A DNA stretch of 32,000 nt from Desulfobulbus propionicus DSM 2032 (GCF_000186885.1 NC_014972.1:120001-152000), one strand, 5' to 3'. Shown: positions 23,320-31,273, counted from the first letter of the stretch. Notes: generated by a model from the sequence alone, not told the origin. Made by a program: numbers and translations.

Positions 23320-23422
23320 CACTGCGGCCACTGCTCTCGGCCCACGGTCACGGTCATCGACCTGGCCGGGGCCGGGATGCTGAACATCCGCCAGATCGTT
23401 TCCCACCACCAACCACCCATCC

Positions 23423-23460
23423 GGGGGAGTCTGCCCCCATGGGGATGTCTCCCCCTTTTT
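23423..23460 (+). terminator. hairpin plus T5, intrinsic-terminator-like, inside the module
   Basis: 7-bp stem GGGGGAG (23423-29) with CTCCCCC (23449-55), followed by TTTTT (23456-60), then AAGGAGA and ATG 23475. Confidence 0.5.
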
Positions 23461-23474
23461 CAAGGAGAGACATC

Positions 23475-24041
23475 ATGCCCGACTATCTCACCGTTCGCAG
23501 CCACGGCGTCGTCACCTACTGCGATGGCCTCATCGCCCGCATTCAGGCGGATCAGGCCGAGGCCTATCTGCTCAGCCTGGTTGGCAGCCCGGAGCATATC
23601 CAGGCCACCTCGACCCATTTCACCATGGGCGGCGCCTGCCATATCACCGGCATCGAGTCCGTACCGCTCGAGTTGGGCCGTGCCCCTGGCCCCCTCCGCT
23701 CCATCCGCGCACGCAGGATCGGCGACGTGGTCACCAGGGTGATTATCAGCGCCGATCAGTTCGCCCGCACCGCCCTGCAGACCGAAACCGTCTGTTCCGC
23801 CATTGTCTTTGGCATGGACCTGGCCGCGGTCCGGCAGCAGGCCTGGCACCGCCTGGCCAACAGCACCACCGTGGCGCTGCTACCCGAGTGGCGCGACTGG
23901 TTGTGGGACGAAGTCCTGCAGCCGGAGCGGCTCTATTCCTTTGGCAACCCGCAACGGCGGCAGGCCTGGAGGATCAGCTGGCAGGAGGAGGAGTTGGCCG
24001 AACGGGTCCGGGCCGGCGTCCGGGAGCAGGTTCTCGGCTGA
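23475..24041 (+). CDS. hypothetical protein (188 aa)
   Basis: ORF 23439..24041. ATG 23475 has AAGGAGAG upstream. The upstream part of the ORF is occupied by the terminator-like hairpin. No family recognised. Confidence 0.55.
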   Translation: MPDYLTVRSHGVVTYCDGLIARIQADQAEAYLLSLVGSPEHIQATSTHFTMGGACHITGIESVPLELGRAPGPLRSIRARRIGDVVTRVIISADQFARTALQTETVCSAIVFGMDLAAVRQQAWHRLANSTTVALLPEWRDWLWDEVLQPERLYSFGNPQRRQAWRISWQEEELAERVRAGVREQVLG

Positions 24042-24142
24042 CCGAACCGCAGACCAATCCGAACAGGGGAAGGCAGGCCTGCCCCTGAAAGACAAGGTTG
24101 CGGCGCAGGACCACGGCCGCAATTCAAGCGAAAAAAATCCCT

Positions 24143-24181
24143 GACGGGGCACACGGCCCCGATGGGCTGTTGTGCCCCGTC
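24143..24181 (+). promoter_or_regulatory. 11-bp perfect stem-loop immediately upstream of the radC SD
   Basis: GACGGGGCACA (24143-53) with TGTGCCCCGTC (24171-81) and a 17-nt loop. The SD AGGAGG follows at 24185. Confidence 0.55.
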
Positions 24182-24196
24182 CCCAGGAGGCACGAC

Positions 24197-24676
24197 ATGC
24201 TCTACAGCAGAGACACCAGCGGGTGCTACCAGCCCGCATCCAGGGACACCATCCTTGCCGCGGCCCGCAGGCTGAGCAGTTGTCAGCTCCGGCGCGGGGC
24301 GGCCATCACCTCACCCCTTGCCGCCAGGGAGGCCATCGGCCTCAAACTGGCCGGACTGGAACACGAATCGTTCGCCTGTCTGTTCCTCGACGGCCGCCAC
24401 CAGGTGCTCGCCTGGCGGGAGCTGTTCCACGGCTCGGTCAACCGGACCACGGTCCACCCGCGCGAGATCGTCAAGGAGGCGCTGCGGCTGAACGCCGCGG
24501 CGGTCATCCTGGCGCACAACCACCCCTCGGGCAGCACCCTGCCGAGCAGTGAGGACATCGAACTGACCAAGGCGCTCACCGAGATCCTGGCGATCATCGA
24601 TGTGCGCGTGCTCGATCACCTGATCGTGGGCGAAGAGATCGTCGCCCTGACCGAAACCGGCCACCATCAACCATGA
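24197..24676 (+). CDS. radC: RadC-like JAB/MPN domain protein
   Basis: ORF 24098..24676. ATG 24197 is preceded by AGGAGG. ILAHNHPSGSTLPSSEDIELTKAL (the HNHPSG...SxxD JAMM motif) and VLDHLIVG. Confidence 0.9.
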   Translation: MLYSRDTSGCYQPASRDTILAAARRLSSCQLRRGAAITSPLAAREAIGLKLAGLEHESFACLFLDGRHQVLAWRELFHGSVNRTTVHPREIVKEALRLNAAAVILAHNHPSGSTLPSSEDIELTKALTEILAIIDVRVLDHLIVGEEIVALTETGHHQP

Positions 24677-24734
24677 AACCCGTTGGGGACAGATGCCCCG
24701 ACGGGCTCGTCCCCGGCAATCAAGGAGCGAGATC

Positions 24735-25655
24735 ATGCAACCTGTCAAACCATCCATCTACGAGCAAATCACCGGCAAGATCGTCACCGCCCTGGAGAAC
24801 GGCGTCAACCCCTGGGCCAAACCCTGGCACACGGTCAGCTACGGACCGTTTCGTAATGCGCTCACCAACCGCCCGTACCGGGGCATGAACGTGCTCCTGC
24901 TCAACCTGGTGGCGCTGTCGCGGGGGCATGTCGACCCGCGCTGGCTCACCTTTCGCAATGCCGAGCAGTTGGGCGGCCATGTGCGCAAGGGCGAGAAAGG
25001 TGCGGCCATCGTCTTCTGGAAGTTCCTGCCCGCCCGGGACCGGGATGGCGAGACCGAACCGGACGCGGCCAACGATGACGAACCGGAGCGGAAACAGGTC
25101 CCCTTTGCCCGCAGCTACACGGTGTTCAACGTGGAGCAGTGCGAGGGGCTGAAGCTGCCACCGCTGGACGCGGAGGAAATGCAAGGCAGGAGAGAGGACA
25201 ATGAACCGGCGGAGCGGGTGCTGGCCCTGGCGCAGCTGCAGCATGGCGGCAACAAGGCCTGTTACCTGCCCACGCCGGACCTGGTGCTCCTGCCGAACCG
25301 ATCCGCGTTCGAGAACTGCGACTTCTACTACGCCACCGGCTTCCACGAGATCTGCCACTGGACCGGGCACGCGACCCGGCTGAACCGGGTGTTCGGCAGC
25401 CGCTTCGGTGACCTCGGCTATGCCTTCGAGGAACTGGTGGCCGAGATCGGCGCCGCCTTCCTCGGCGCACAGACCGGTATCCCGTTTGAGAACATGCGCC
25501 ATCCGGAGTACATCCACCACTGGCTGCAGATCCTCAAGGGCGACAGCAAGGCTATCTTCACCGCCGCGGCCAAGGCCCAGCACGCCGTCGACTTTGTCCT
25601 CGACCAGGCCGGGATCGTCCCTGCCGAGGAAGAGACGCTGCCGGCGGCCGCTTGA
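24735..25655 (+). CDS. ardC: ArdC-family anti-restriction protein (N-terminal ssDNA-binding domain plus zincin-like metalloprotease domain)
   Basis: ORF 24693..25655. ATG 24735 has AAGGAG upstream. IYEQITGKIV..NPWAKPW..YRGMNVLLL..WLTFRNAEQLGGHVRKGEKG matches the ArdC N-domain pattern. HEICHWTGH is an HExxH motif. Confidence 0.9.
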   Translation: MQPVKPSIYEQITGKIVTALENGVNPWAKPWHTVSYGPFRNALTNRPYRGMNVLLLNLVALSRGHVDPRWLTFRNAEQLGGHVRKGEKGAAIVFWKFLPARDRDGETEPDAANDDEPERKQVPFARSYTVFNVEQCEGLKLPPLDAEEMQGRREDNEPAERVLALAQLQHGGNKACYLPTPDLVLLPNRSAFENCDFYYATGFHEICHWTGHATRLNRVFGSRFGDLGYAFEELVAEIGAAFLGAQTGIPFENMRHPEYIHHWLQILKGDSKAIFTAAAKAQHAVDFVLDQAGIVPAEEETLPAAA

Positions 25656-26166
25656 ATACCGAAAGAAAACCCGTAACAAAAACGGCTGCTCCGACCATGA
25701 CGGTCGGGCAGCCGTTTTTTGTTGCGGCTTGATGGGGAAAGAAGGACAAGAAGCAGAGTCTTCGGTCAGAAGCGAAGAAACCTGTAAGTTCGTTTTCAAA
25801 TGCTTTTGCACTTAACGGGTCATTGTTTACTTCGTAAGGCAACTGCATCCAAGGTTGCCTTTCACCAATTGTTCTATCATTCAGGCCGTTTTCAGATACA
25901 CATAACCTATATTCGGCGTATAATGATTTTCGCTTTCCAAAAAATGGAATCATCCCGATCGCCAATGTAGCTGGTGTAATTACCATTTTATCATGCGGGT
26001 TATCAACTGACTTAGCCCCATATTGATCTATAGTCCCAGTGGAATTCATTGACAGAATAACGGATTTAAAGCGAAGCTCAATTGGAGGAACATTGACCCC
26101 CCAAGAGTCCATGATAAAACTGTCTTCTTCCACGTTTAATACAACCGGAAGCAGGCAAAATGTCAT
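25558..26166 (-). pseudogene. unassigned ORF, probably a 3'-truncated remnant
   Basis: The low-GC part (about 25800-26166) has no recognisable domain and poor SD sequences. The reading frame has no stop of its own. It runs through the bidirectional terminator and ends antisense inside ardC, which is not what an intact gene would do. Confidence 0.3.
25678..25720. terminator. strong bidirectional rho-independent terminator
   Basis: 13 bp of stem: CGGCTGC (25683-89) with GCAGCCG (25708-14), and CCGACC (25691-96) with GGTCGG (25702-07). 5-nt loop. A5 lies on the left (25678-82) and T6 on the right (25715-20). It is 23 nt after the ardC stop. Confidence 0.8.
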
Positions 26167-26498
26167 TACGTGCGGATGATCTAATTTTCCAATATGTTTG
26201 CAGCTTCACATAGTAGTTCAGGATTAGCAGCGCCAGTTTTGTATAAATAATCCAGAGCAGACCGGTTTTGTCCTCCAGAGGTAGGGTTTATCAATTCTAT
26301 TTATTATTTAGTCCACATCATTTTTCAATTACGATAAAATTTTTAATTTGACGTATTGCGAAGTCTTTTTTTCAAGTCTATGAGGATATAGGGATGGACG
26401 GTTTCTAAATTAATGTGAACTGGAGTTATATGAACTTTCACCATGAACTAAAATAGATTTGCCCACTATTTCACAATTTTTTATTTATAATAGGTGTC

Positions 26499-27647
26499 TT
26501 ACAGGCCATCTGTAAGATTATGTAGAATATTCCTTGCATTAAGCAGAACATCATCATATGTCATAATGTTTATGCGAGGGTATAAGTTATCATTAAATGA
26601 TTTAAGAACTCTCAGCTGTGTACTATTCATTCCAGCCTTTCGCCCAATGACCACTACACCCTTTGGCGTGTGAATTCCAGGAAATCCGTGAGATTGAGCA
26701 TAGGCAATATTGTCTTCTATCCACACAAACCAATTCAGAATTTGCCCAATTGCATGTGACAATGCACCTGATGGATGAGGGTATCCTGTACATGGTTGGT
26801 CCTGTGGTTTTTCTATTTCAACGAAAATATACTCGTCATCAAGGCGTCGTATAACAAAGTCTGTTTTCCACTCTGCCCCAAGATATTGACGATCTACTAT
26901 TGAAGAAGCAAGTGGGTCAATTAATGCTGGGTTTTTTTCAAAAAACTGCTGACACTCACTCTCTGGCCTGTTTTTTGCTATCAAACTTTCAAGCTCGTCA
27001 CATATCGGTTCACTAATTCTTAGCGTCCCTCTGGAAATGGCCTTAAGCACTATATCAATGCCTGATGGACCATCATCGCCCCTTTTAGCCATTTTTGAAC
27101 TCATAAAAATGGCAACAAGTTTATGCCGTTGCTCTGGATCTGAAAGAAATGCATGCACAATACTTGTCAGTGCACTTTCCGCATAAGCAGGAAGGTGCTG
27201 CTGGGTACTTAAACTGGTAACGCTATTTTGAAGGTTCTCATATGCATCATCTTCGAGGTAAGCTTGAGTGAATCTAAGTATTCCGCAAATTTCATTCCAT
27301 CGGGACAATGCCACCGATATCAAGATGTGCGGGACCCAGTACTCTCCCTCTAGTCCCAATTCCAGCAGTTCTCGAATGCCAGTCTCCCCATATATGACAA
27401 GCGAATAGATGCTTGGCATTTCAAGATAAAAATCATCATAAATACCAGAGGGAGCTCGGCGAGCGAGGTCTACATGTTCCAGGATTCGCTTCGGTGATGG
27501 ATTTGTCAATACATCGGCAAGATCCAAGACAAACTGGCGCTCCTTTTCTTTCCACTTGCTGAGATCAAGTTTTTCTATTCTGTCTTCTGGGTTTTTCTCG
27601 GATTCGGAAGTTTTTTTTGTAATATTCCCAGCATGGTCTGTCGGCAA
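26499..27647 (-). CDS. Shedu-like defence nuclease (DUF4263-type C-terminal domain) with an unassigned helical N-terminal half
   Basis: TTG start at 27647 with AGGAGG 5 nt upstream. The C-terminal ~150 aa follows the DUF4263/SduA pattern: CQQFFEKNPALI, LGAEWKTDFVIRRLDDEYIFVEIEKP, SHAIGQILNW, KGVVVIGRK, INIMTYDDVLL. Confidence 0.6.
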   Translation of the reverse strand: MPTDHAGNITKKTSESEKNPEDRIEKLDLSKWKEKERQFVLDLADVLTNPSPKRILEHVDLARRAPSGIYDDFYLEMPSIYSLVIYGETGIRELLELGLEGEYWVPHILISVALSRWNEICGILRFTQAYLEDDAYENLQNSVTSLSTQQHLPAYAESALTSIVHAFLSDPEQRHKLVAIFMSSKMAKRGDDGPSGIDIVLKAISRGTLRISEPICDELESLIAKNRPESECQQFFEKNPALIDPLASSIVDRQYLGAEWKTDFVIRRLDDEYIFVEIEKPQDQPCTGYPHPSGALSHAIGQILNWFVWIEDNIAYAQSHGFPGIHTPKGVVVIGRKAGMNSTQLRVLKSFNDNLYPRINIMTYDDVLLNARNILHNLTDGL

Positions 27648-27897
27648 GGTTTCCTCCTATATCTTTACAAAACCGCGCTCTGTAGCAATTACGGGAGTCC
27701 GGTAGGTTGGGGTGAGAAACGAACCCCAACAGCATCGTTCTGTCTCGCCATAGCCTTTTTTCACTTTTGTCGATTTTGACTCCTGACGATTGAACTCACT
27801 GATTTTTACGGAGCGCAGCGGGGCAAATATCCAGTGCAGCGATTTTTTCGGCCCTTCTCTGATTCCCACAACTCGAAGGCCAATCAGACCAAAGCTT

Positions 27898-29790
27898 TTA
27901 GACGCCCACTTGTCCACCTGGGGTGGTCATTACTTCTCCTGCCATTCGGTTAGCGACTGCAGCAATCTCCGCTTCGGTAAGCCGATCAAGAGTCCAACCC
28001 TTTGCGAACTTTGCCGTCTCCGATTTAGGCAATTGGTCCTCTTCGAGATTTCGAATTCGAACTCGTGCGGGCATTGCAGCACCTTCGCCAACGAAGATAG
28101 CCTCCTGTTGAGCGAGATTCGGCAGTACTTTTGTCATGCCTGACAATCCATCTGGCAAGAAACGAGAGACGTGCTGTTGATCCGCTGCGTTTGTAAGCCG
28201 AAGAACGAGCCATGTGCCACATTGTGAAATCACTGTACTTTCTATATCGGCAGGGCGCTGACTCACGAGCATGAGGCCAATACCGTATTTCCGCCCTTCA
28301 CGAGCTATCCTTCGGATCGCGGTTTGAGCCGCTGCATACTCAGCCTCCCCTCTGTCGGGGACATATCGATGAGCCTCTTCACACACAAAGACGACTGGAT
28401 CGCGCCGTCTTTCCTCCGTTGTTTGGTAAACTTTATACTGAAACAACAGGCGAGCCAACATGGCAGCAAGTGGACCGGCGACTTCATTTGGAAGACCCGA
28501 AATATCCAAAATACGAATGTCTTGATCTACGCCTCCCTCACCTTGGATCTGTCCGACCAACTGGGCGATAATATGCTCAAGTGAATGGCTCTGTTCGTTC
28601 CACTCCTTCATCATAAACTGAATCCGCGGATCACGACGGAGCATTGATAGTTTGTCTAAAATCGATTTGAAGTCCTTTGCAAAATCACCAGGAGGAACCT
28701 TTTCTGTGTTCTGAGTATTTTTCTTCATTCGAGCTGCTTGAAGGAATTCAATGTGATTTTTGAGTTCTTCCAAACTAAAACAGCGCGGCTTATCTCGATC
28801 AAATTCGATCAGTTGTTCTATGCTGACACCAGCTTTCGGACGAGGAGTATCGGGATCACCGCCATCTGCTGGAATGGGCACGTCGTAGGTGGTCGGAGCG
28901 GGATCAACCAAATCGAATGCCACCATCCGTGCATGGGTCAACGCTTTGTAAATTACGTTGTTCTGTGAAGTTGCCTCATGCTCGGTTTTACCGATTACAA
29001 GCCGTCTGAACTCGTCAGCCGACATGAGCCAATAGGGAAGGCTTATCGGAGTTCCAGTCGTCTCTTCGTTTCCAAGCGGGTCGTAAGCACGATAAATGAT
29101 CGCACGTTTCTTGAATGCGTGGCCGTATTCCCCATGCGGATCAATTATTAGAATTCTCGGGTGGCAGACTGCATCCGGTACAGGGGTGTGCTCCAGCATG
29201 CTGTGAAGCAAAGCGGCAACCGCACCAGACTTTCCCGAACCTGTTGAACCGAGCACCGCGCAATGCATGCCCAGCATTTTATCCACGTTTGCCCGACAGA
29301 GTGCATTGTCTGCTCCAACGTAATGAGCAAATGGAACGAGCGGACTATATTCTCCGTGATTCTGTTGCCCTTCAGCAGCCGAATATATCTGAGTAGTCTC
29401 CTCGCGAGTAAGCAGATGCACACTTTGACGGGGTAGCGGGTAGGTCGTCACACCTCGAACGAACCGGAGCTTTTGGTCTGCTACATTCCATATACCTTCC
29501 GCAAACAATTCGACTTCCATTAACCGTTGATCGGCATCTGGTGGAATAGGCTTTGTAATCTCAAGGAGATCCTCAGACCTCATTCTTAGTAGCGTCACGA
29601 AACCGAAGACCAAGCGCCTTCCAAAATGAACTTTTACGATGCTACCGATCTGACCGATGGGATAAACTCTCCCCTCAAAGGTTCGAGTGAGCTCCGTGAC
29701 ATCTCCTGATAACTCTACCCGAATGGTAGTTCCGGACACTTCGACGATGTGCCCAATCTTCAGGTCCGGAATAAGTTCAAACGTATTCAT
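27898..29790 (-). CDS. herA: HerA-family ATPase (HAS-barrel plus FtsK/HerA P-loop)
   Basis: ORF 27898..29850. ATG 29790 overlaps the SIR2 stop (ATGA). Motifs: GHIVEVSGTTIRVEL..GSIVKVHF (barrel), AVLGSTGSGKS (Walker A), VVFVCEEAHRY (Walker B), GIGLMLVSQRPADI, LRLTNAADQ. Confidence 0.85.
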   Translation of the reverse strand: MNTFELIPDLKIGHIVEVSGTTIRVELSGDVTELTRTFEGRVYPIGQIGSIVKVHFGRRLVFGFVTLLRMRSEDLLEITKPIPPDADQRLMEVELFAEGIWNVADQKLRFVRGVTTYPLPRQSVHLLTREETTQIYSAAEGQQNHGEYSPLVPFAHYVGADNALCRANVDKMLGMHCAVLGSTGSGKSGAVAALLHSMLEHTPVPDAVCHPRILIIDPHGEYGHAFKKRAIIYRAYDPLGNEETTGTPISLPYWLMSADEFRRLVIGKTEHEATSQNNVIYKALTHARMVAFDLVDPAPTTYDVPIPADGGDPDTPRPKAGVSIEQLIEFDRDKPRCFSLEELKNHIEFLQAARMKKNTQNTEKVPPGDFAKDFKSILDKLSMLRRDPRIQFMMKEWNEQSHSLEHIIAQLVGQIQGEGGVDQDIRILDISGLPNEVAGPLAAMLARLLFQYKVYQTTEERRRDPVVFVCEEAHRYVPDRGEAEYAAAQTAIRRIAREGRKYGIGLMLVSQRPADIESTVISQCGTWLVLRLTNAADQQHVSRFLPDGLSGMTKVLPNLAQQEAIFVGEGAAMPARVRIRNLEEDQLPKSETAKFAKGWTLDRLTEAEIAAVANRMAGEVMTTPGGQVGV

Positions 29791-30965
29791 AGCGCACACG
29801 CTTCCGCTCCACAGTTTAGCATTTTGGTCACGCCAGAAAACGTCCACCAATCTCGTTTTGATCCAGAAACCGGAGGTGCTTGAGGTCCGTCTGCACCAAC
29901 ATACACGCCATCCTCCGAGATGACATAGACACGTTTACCCCACGGACCGGTCCTCCACCTTTCGAGATTCGGATTGAGTTTCTGAGTAAAGGAGAGAACC
30001 GTTGTTTTGTTCTCCGGACGTTGAAGCGTCAATTCAATTTCCTGGTTTATGTGCTCGTCCCCGAAGCTGTATCCACATGTTGCGAGAACATTTTCCTCCC
30101 GTGCCCCAAGTGAACGCCGGAATAGATCAAATTGGGCTGCAAATGGATCCCTCTGAGTCGCGAGGTATTTTGTGGATTGCGGGTAAATTAGAACCCGAGA
30201 AACCTTCTTTGGATAGAGATCTCCGTCGCGGACGCGCCAGACTCGGTCATCTTCTCCTAAGTGCCAGTCGATCGACCCGTGAAGTTTGATTACATGCGCA
30301 CGATCTCTGAGATTTGGCTCTTCGTCGCCGTAACGATGGCTGCGATATGCGACCGCGCCGCCAGAGAAGCCGTCCCAATACGAGAAGCCTCCAAGTGAAA
30401 GGGCGTCTTCGAGGAGAGTGTCATAGTTGGTGGTAAATAATCGGACCGCTCTCCGTCGTTCTGCGATTCCAGCTTGGCTTCTATTGAAGAGGGCAGAGAC
30501 GAATGCTAAATGGTCATCGATAACGACAATACGGTGCCTATCCGTCCCTATTTCCTCAGAAATTCCCCCAGGCTGAGCAGGTTTGTAACCCCATCGAATG
30601 GTCTCAGCAATCCATGTCAGAATTCTTTGGTGAAGACCATCAAGGTCATCCAATGATAGAGAAATAGCGTCGAAGGCGACCTTCTTGTCCTTTGAGCGGT
30701 CGGCGATCGCGCGGTGATCTCCGAGCTGACTCAAGATGTGCTCGATATGCGAATCGTCAGGAAGCTGGCTCTTTACGAACTCGAGAACTTTGATGTCATT
30801 CGGTTCCCCCTCGTCTTTTGCCCTCGTGAATACCCGATCGGTCAGCGGCCACATCAAAGGAATTCCAGCACCGAGGCTGATTCCTGCACCGAACAGCCAC
30901 GATTGATTACTTGCTGCCAAGAGATTGTCGAGCTGGGATAGAGTGTCCTTTGTTACTGGGTCCAT
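29787..30965 (-). CDS. SIR2-family NADase-type protein (SIR2_2-like)
   Basis: ORF 29787..31001. ATG 30965 has AGGAGA 9 nt upstream. Motifs: WLFGAGISLGAGIPLMWPL, RLFTTNYDTLLEDAL, VIKLHGSIDWH. Confidence 0.85.
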   Translation of the reverse strand: MDPVTKDTLSQLDNLLAASNQSWLFGAGISLGAGIPLMWPLTDRVFTRAKDEGEPNDIKVLEFVKSQLPDDSHIEHILSQLGDHRAIADRSKDKKVAFDAISLSLDDLDGLHQRILTWIAETIRWGYKPAQPGGISEEIGTDRHRIVVIDDHLAFVSALFNRSQAGIAERRRAVRLFTTNYDTLLEDALSLGGFSYWDGFSGGAVAYRSHRYGDEEPNLRDRAHVIKLHGSIDWHLGEDDRVWRVRDGDLYPKKVSRVLIYPQSTKYLATQRDPFAAQFDLFRRSLGAREENVLATCGYSFGDEHINQEIELTLQRPENKTTVLSFTQKLNPNLERWRTGPWGKRVYVISEDGVYVGADGPQAPPVSGSKRDWWTFSGVTKMLNCGAEACAL

Positions 30966-31083
30966 GTGCTTTGAATCTCCTTTTTTGTTGCAGCAGAACA
31001 AATTATTGTCCGGTTTCCAGCTATCATTCAGCTTTTCTGGATTATCCGTTCGTGATTGATGGATTTTGGGTTTGGCCTAACTG

Positions 31084-31251
31084 GACACCGGCGGCACTCT
31101 CGGTGAGCTGCCGCTTCCAGGTCGTGATCTGGGTCGGATGGACCTCGTAGTGCTGCGCCAATTCGCCGAGAGTCTTCTCACCGACAATGGCTTCCAGAGC
31201 CACCTTCGCCTTGAAGGCCGCTGAATGGTTCCGTCTCGTTCCTTTTGCCAT
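31084..31251 (-). pseudogene. truncated IS3-family transposase orfA (N-terminal HTH part only)
   Basis: MAKGTRRNHSAAFKAKVALEAIVGEKTLGELAQHYEVHPTQITTWKRQLTESAAGV is the typical IS3-family OrfA N-terminus, with AAGGAG 6 nt upstream of ATG 31251. The similarity stops after about 56 aa, exactly where the GC content drops. No orfB is present. Confidence 0.7.
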
Positions 31252-31273
31252 GTTCTGCTCCTTATTGTGCCCT

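Larger units (their letters stand above)
25722..31083. other. low-GC accessory (defence) island
   Basis: Hand counts give 14/60 G+C at 26281-26340 and 27/60 at 28501-28560, against 43/60 at 13021-13080. All ORFs in the interval are on the minus strand. The left border is the bidirectional terminator and the right border is where the IS3 orfA homology breaks off. Confidence 0.65.

Noticed and set aside
24720-25811. 363-aa ORF on the minus strand
   Set aside because: It is antisense to ardC and crosses the bidirectional terminator. It has no recognisable motifs.
27657-27917. 86-aa ORF between HerA and the Shedu-like gene
   Set aside because: It starts at a GTG inside the HerA 3' end with a 20-nt overlap. 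It has no SD and no recognisable family. It remains a remote possibility as a small basic protein.
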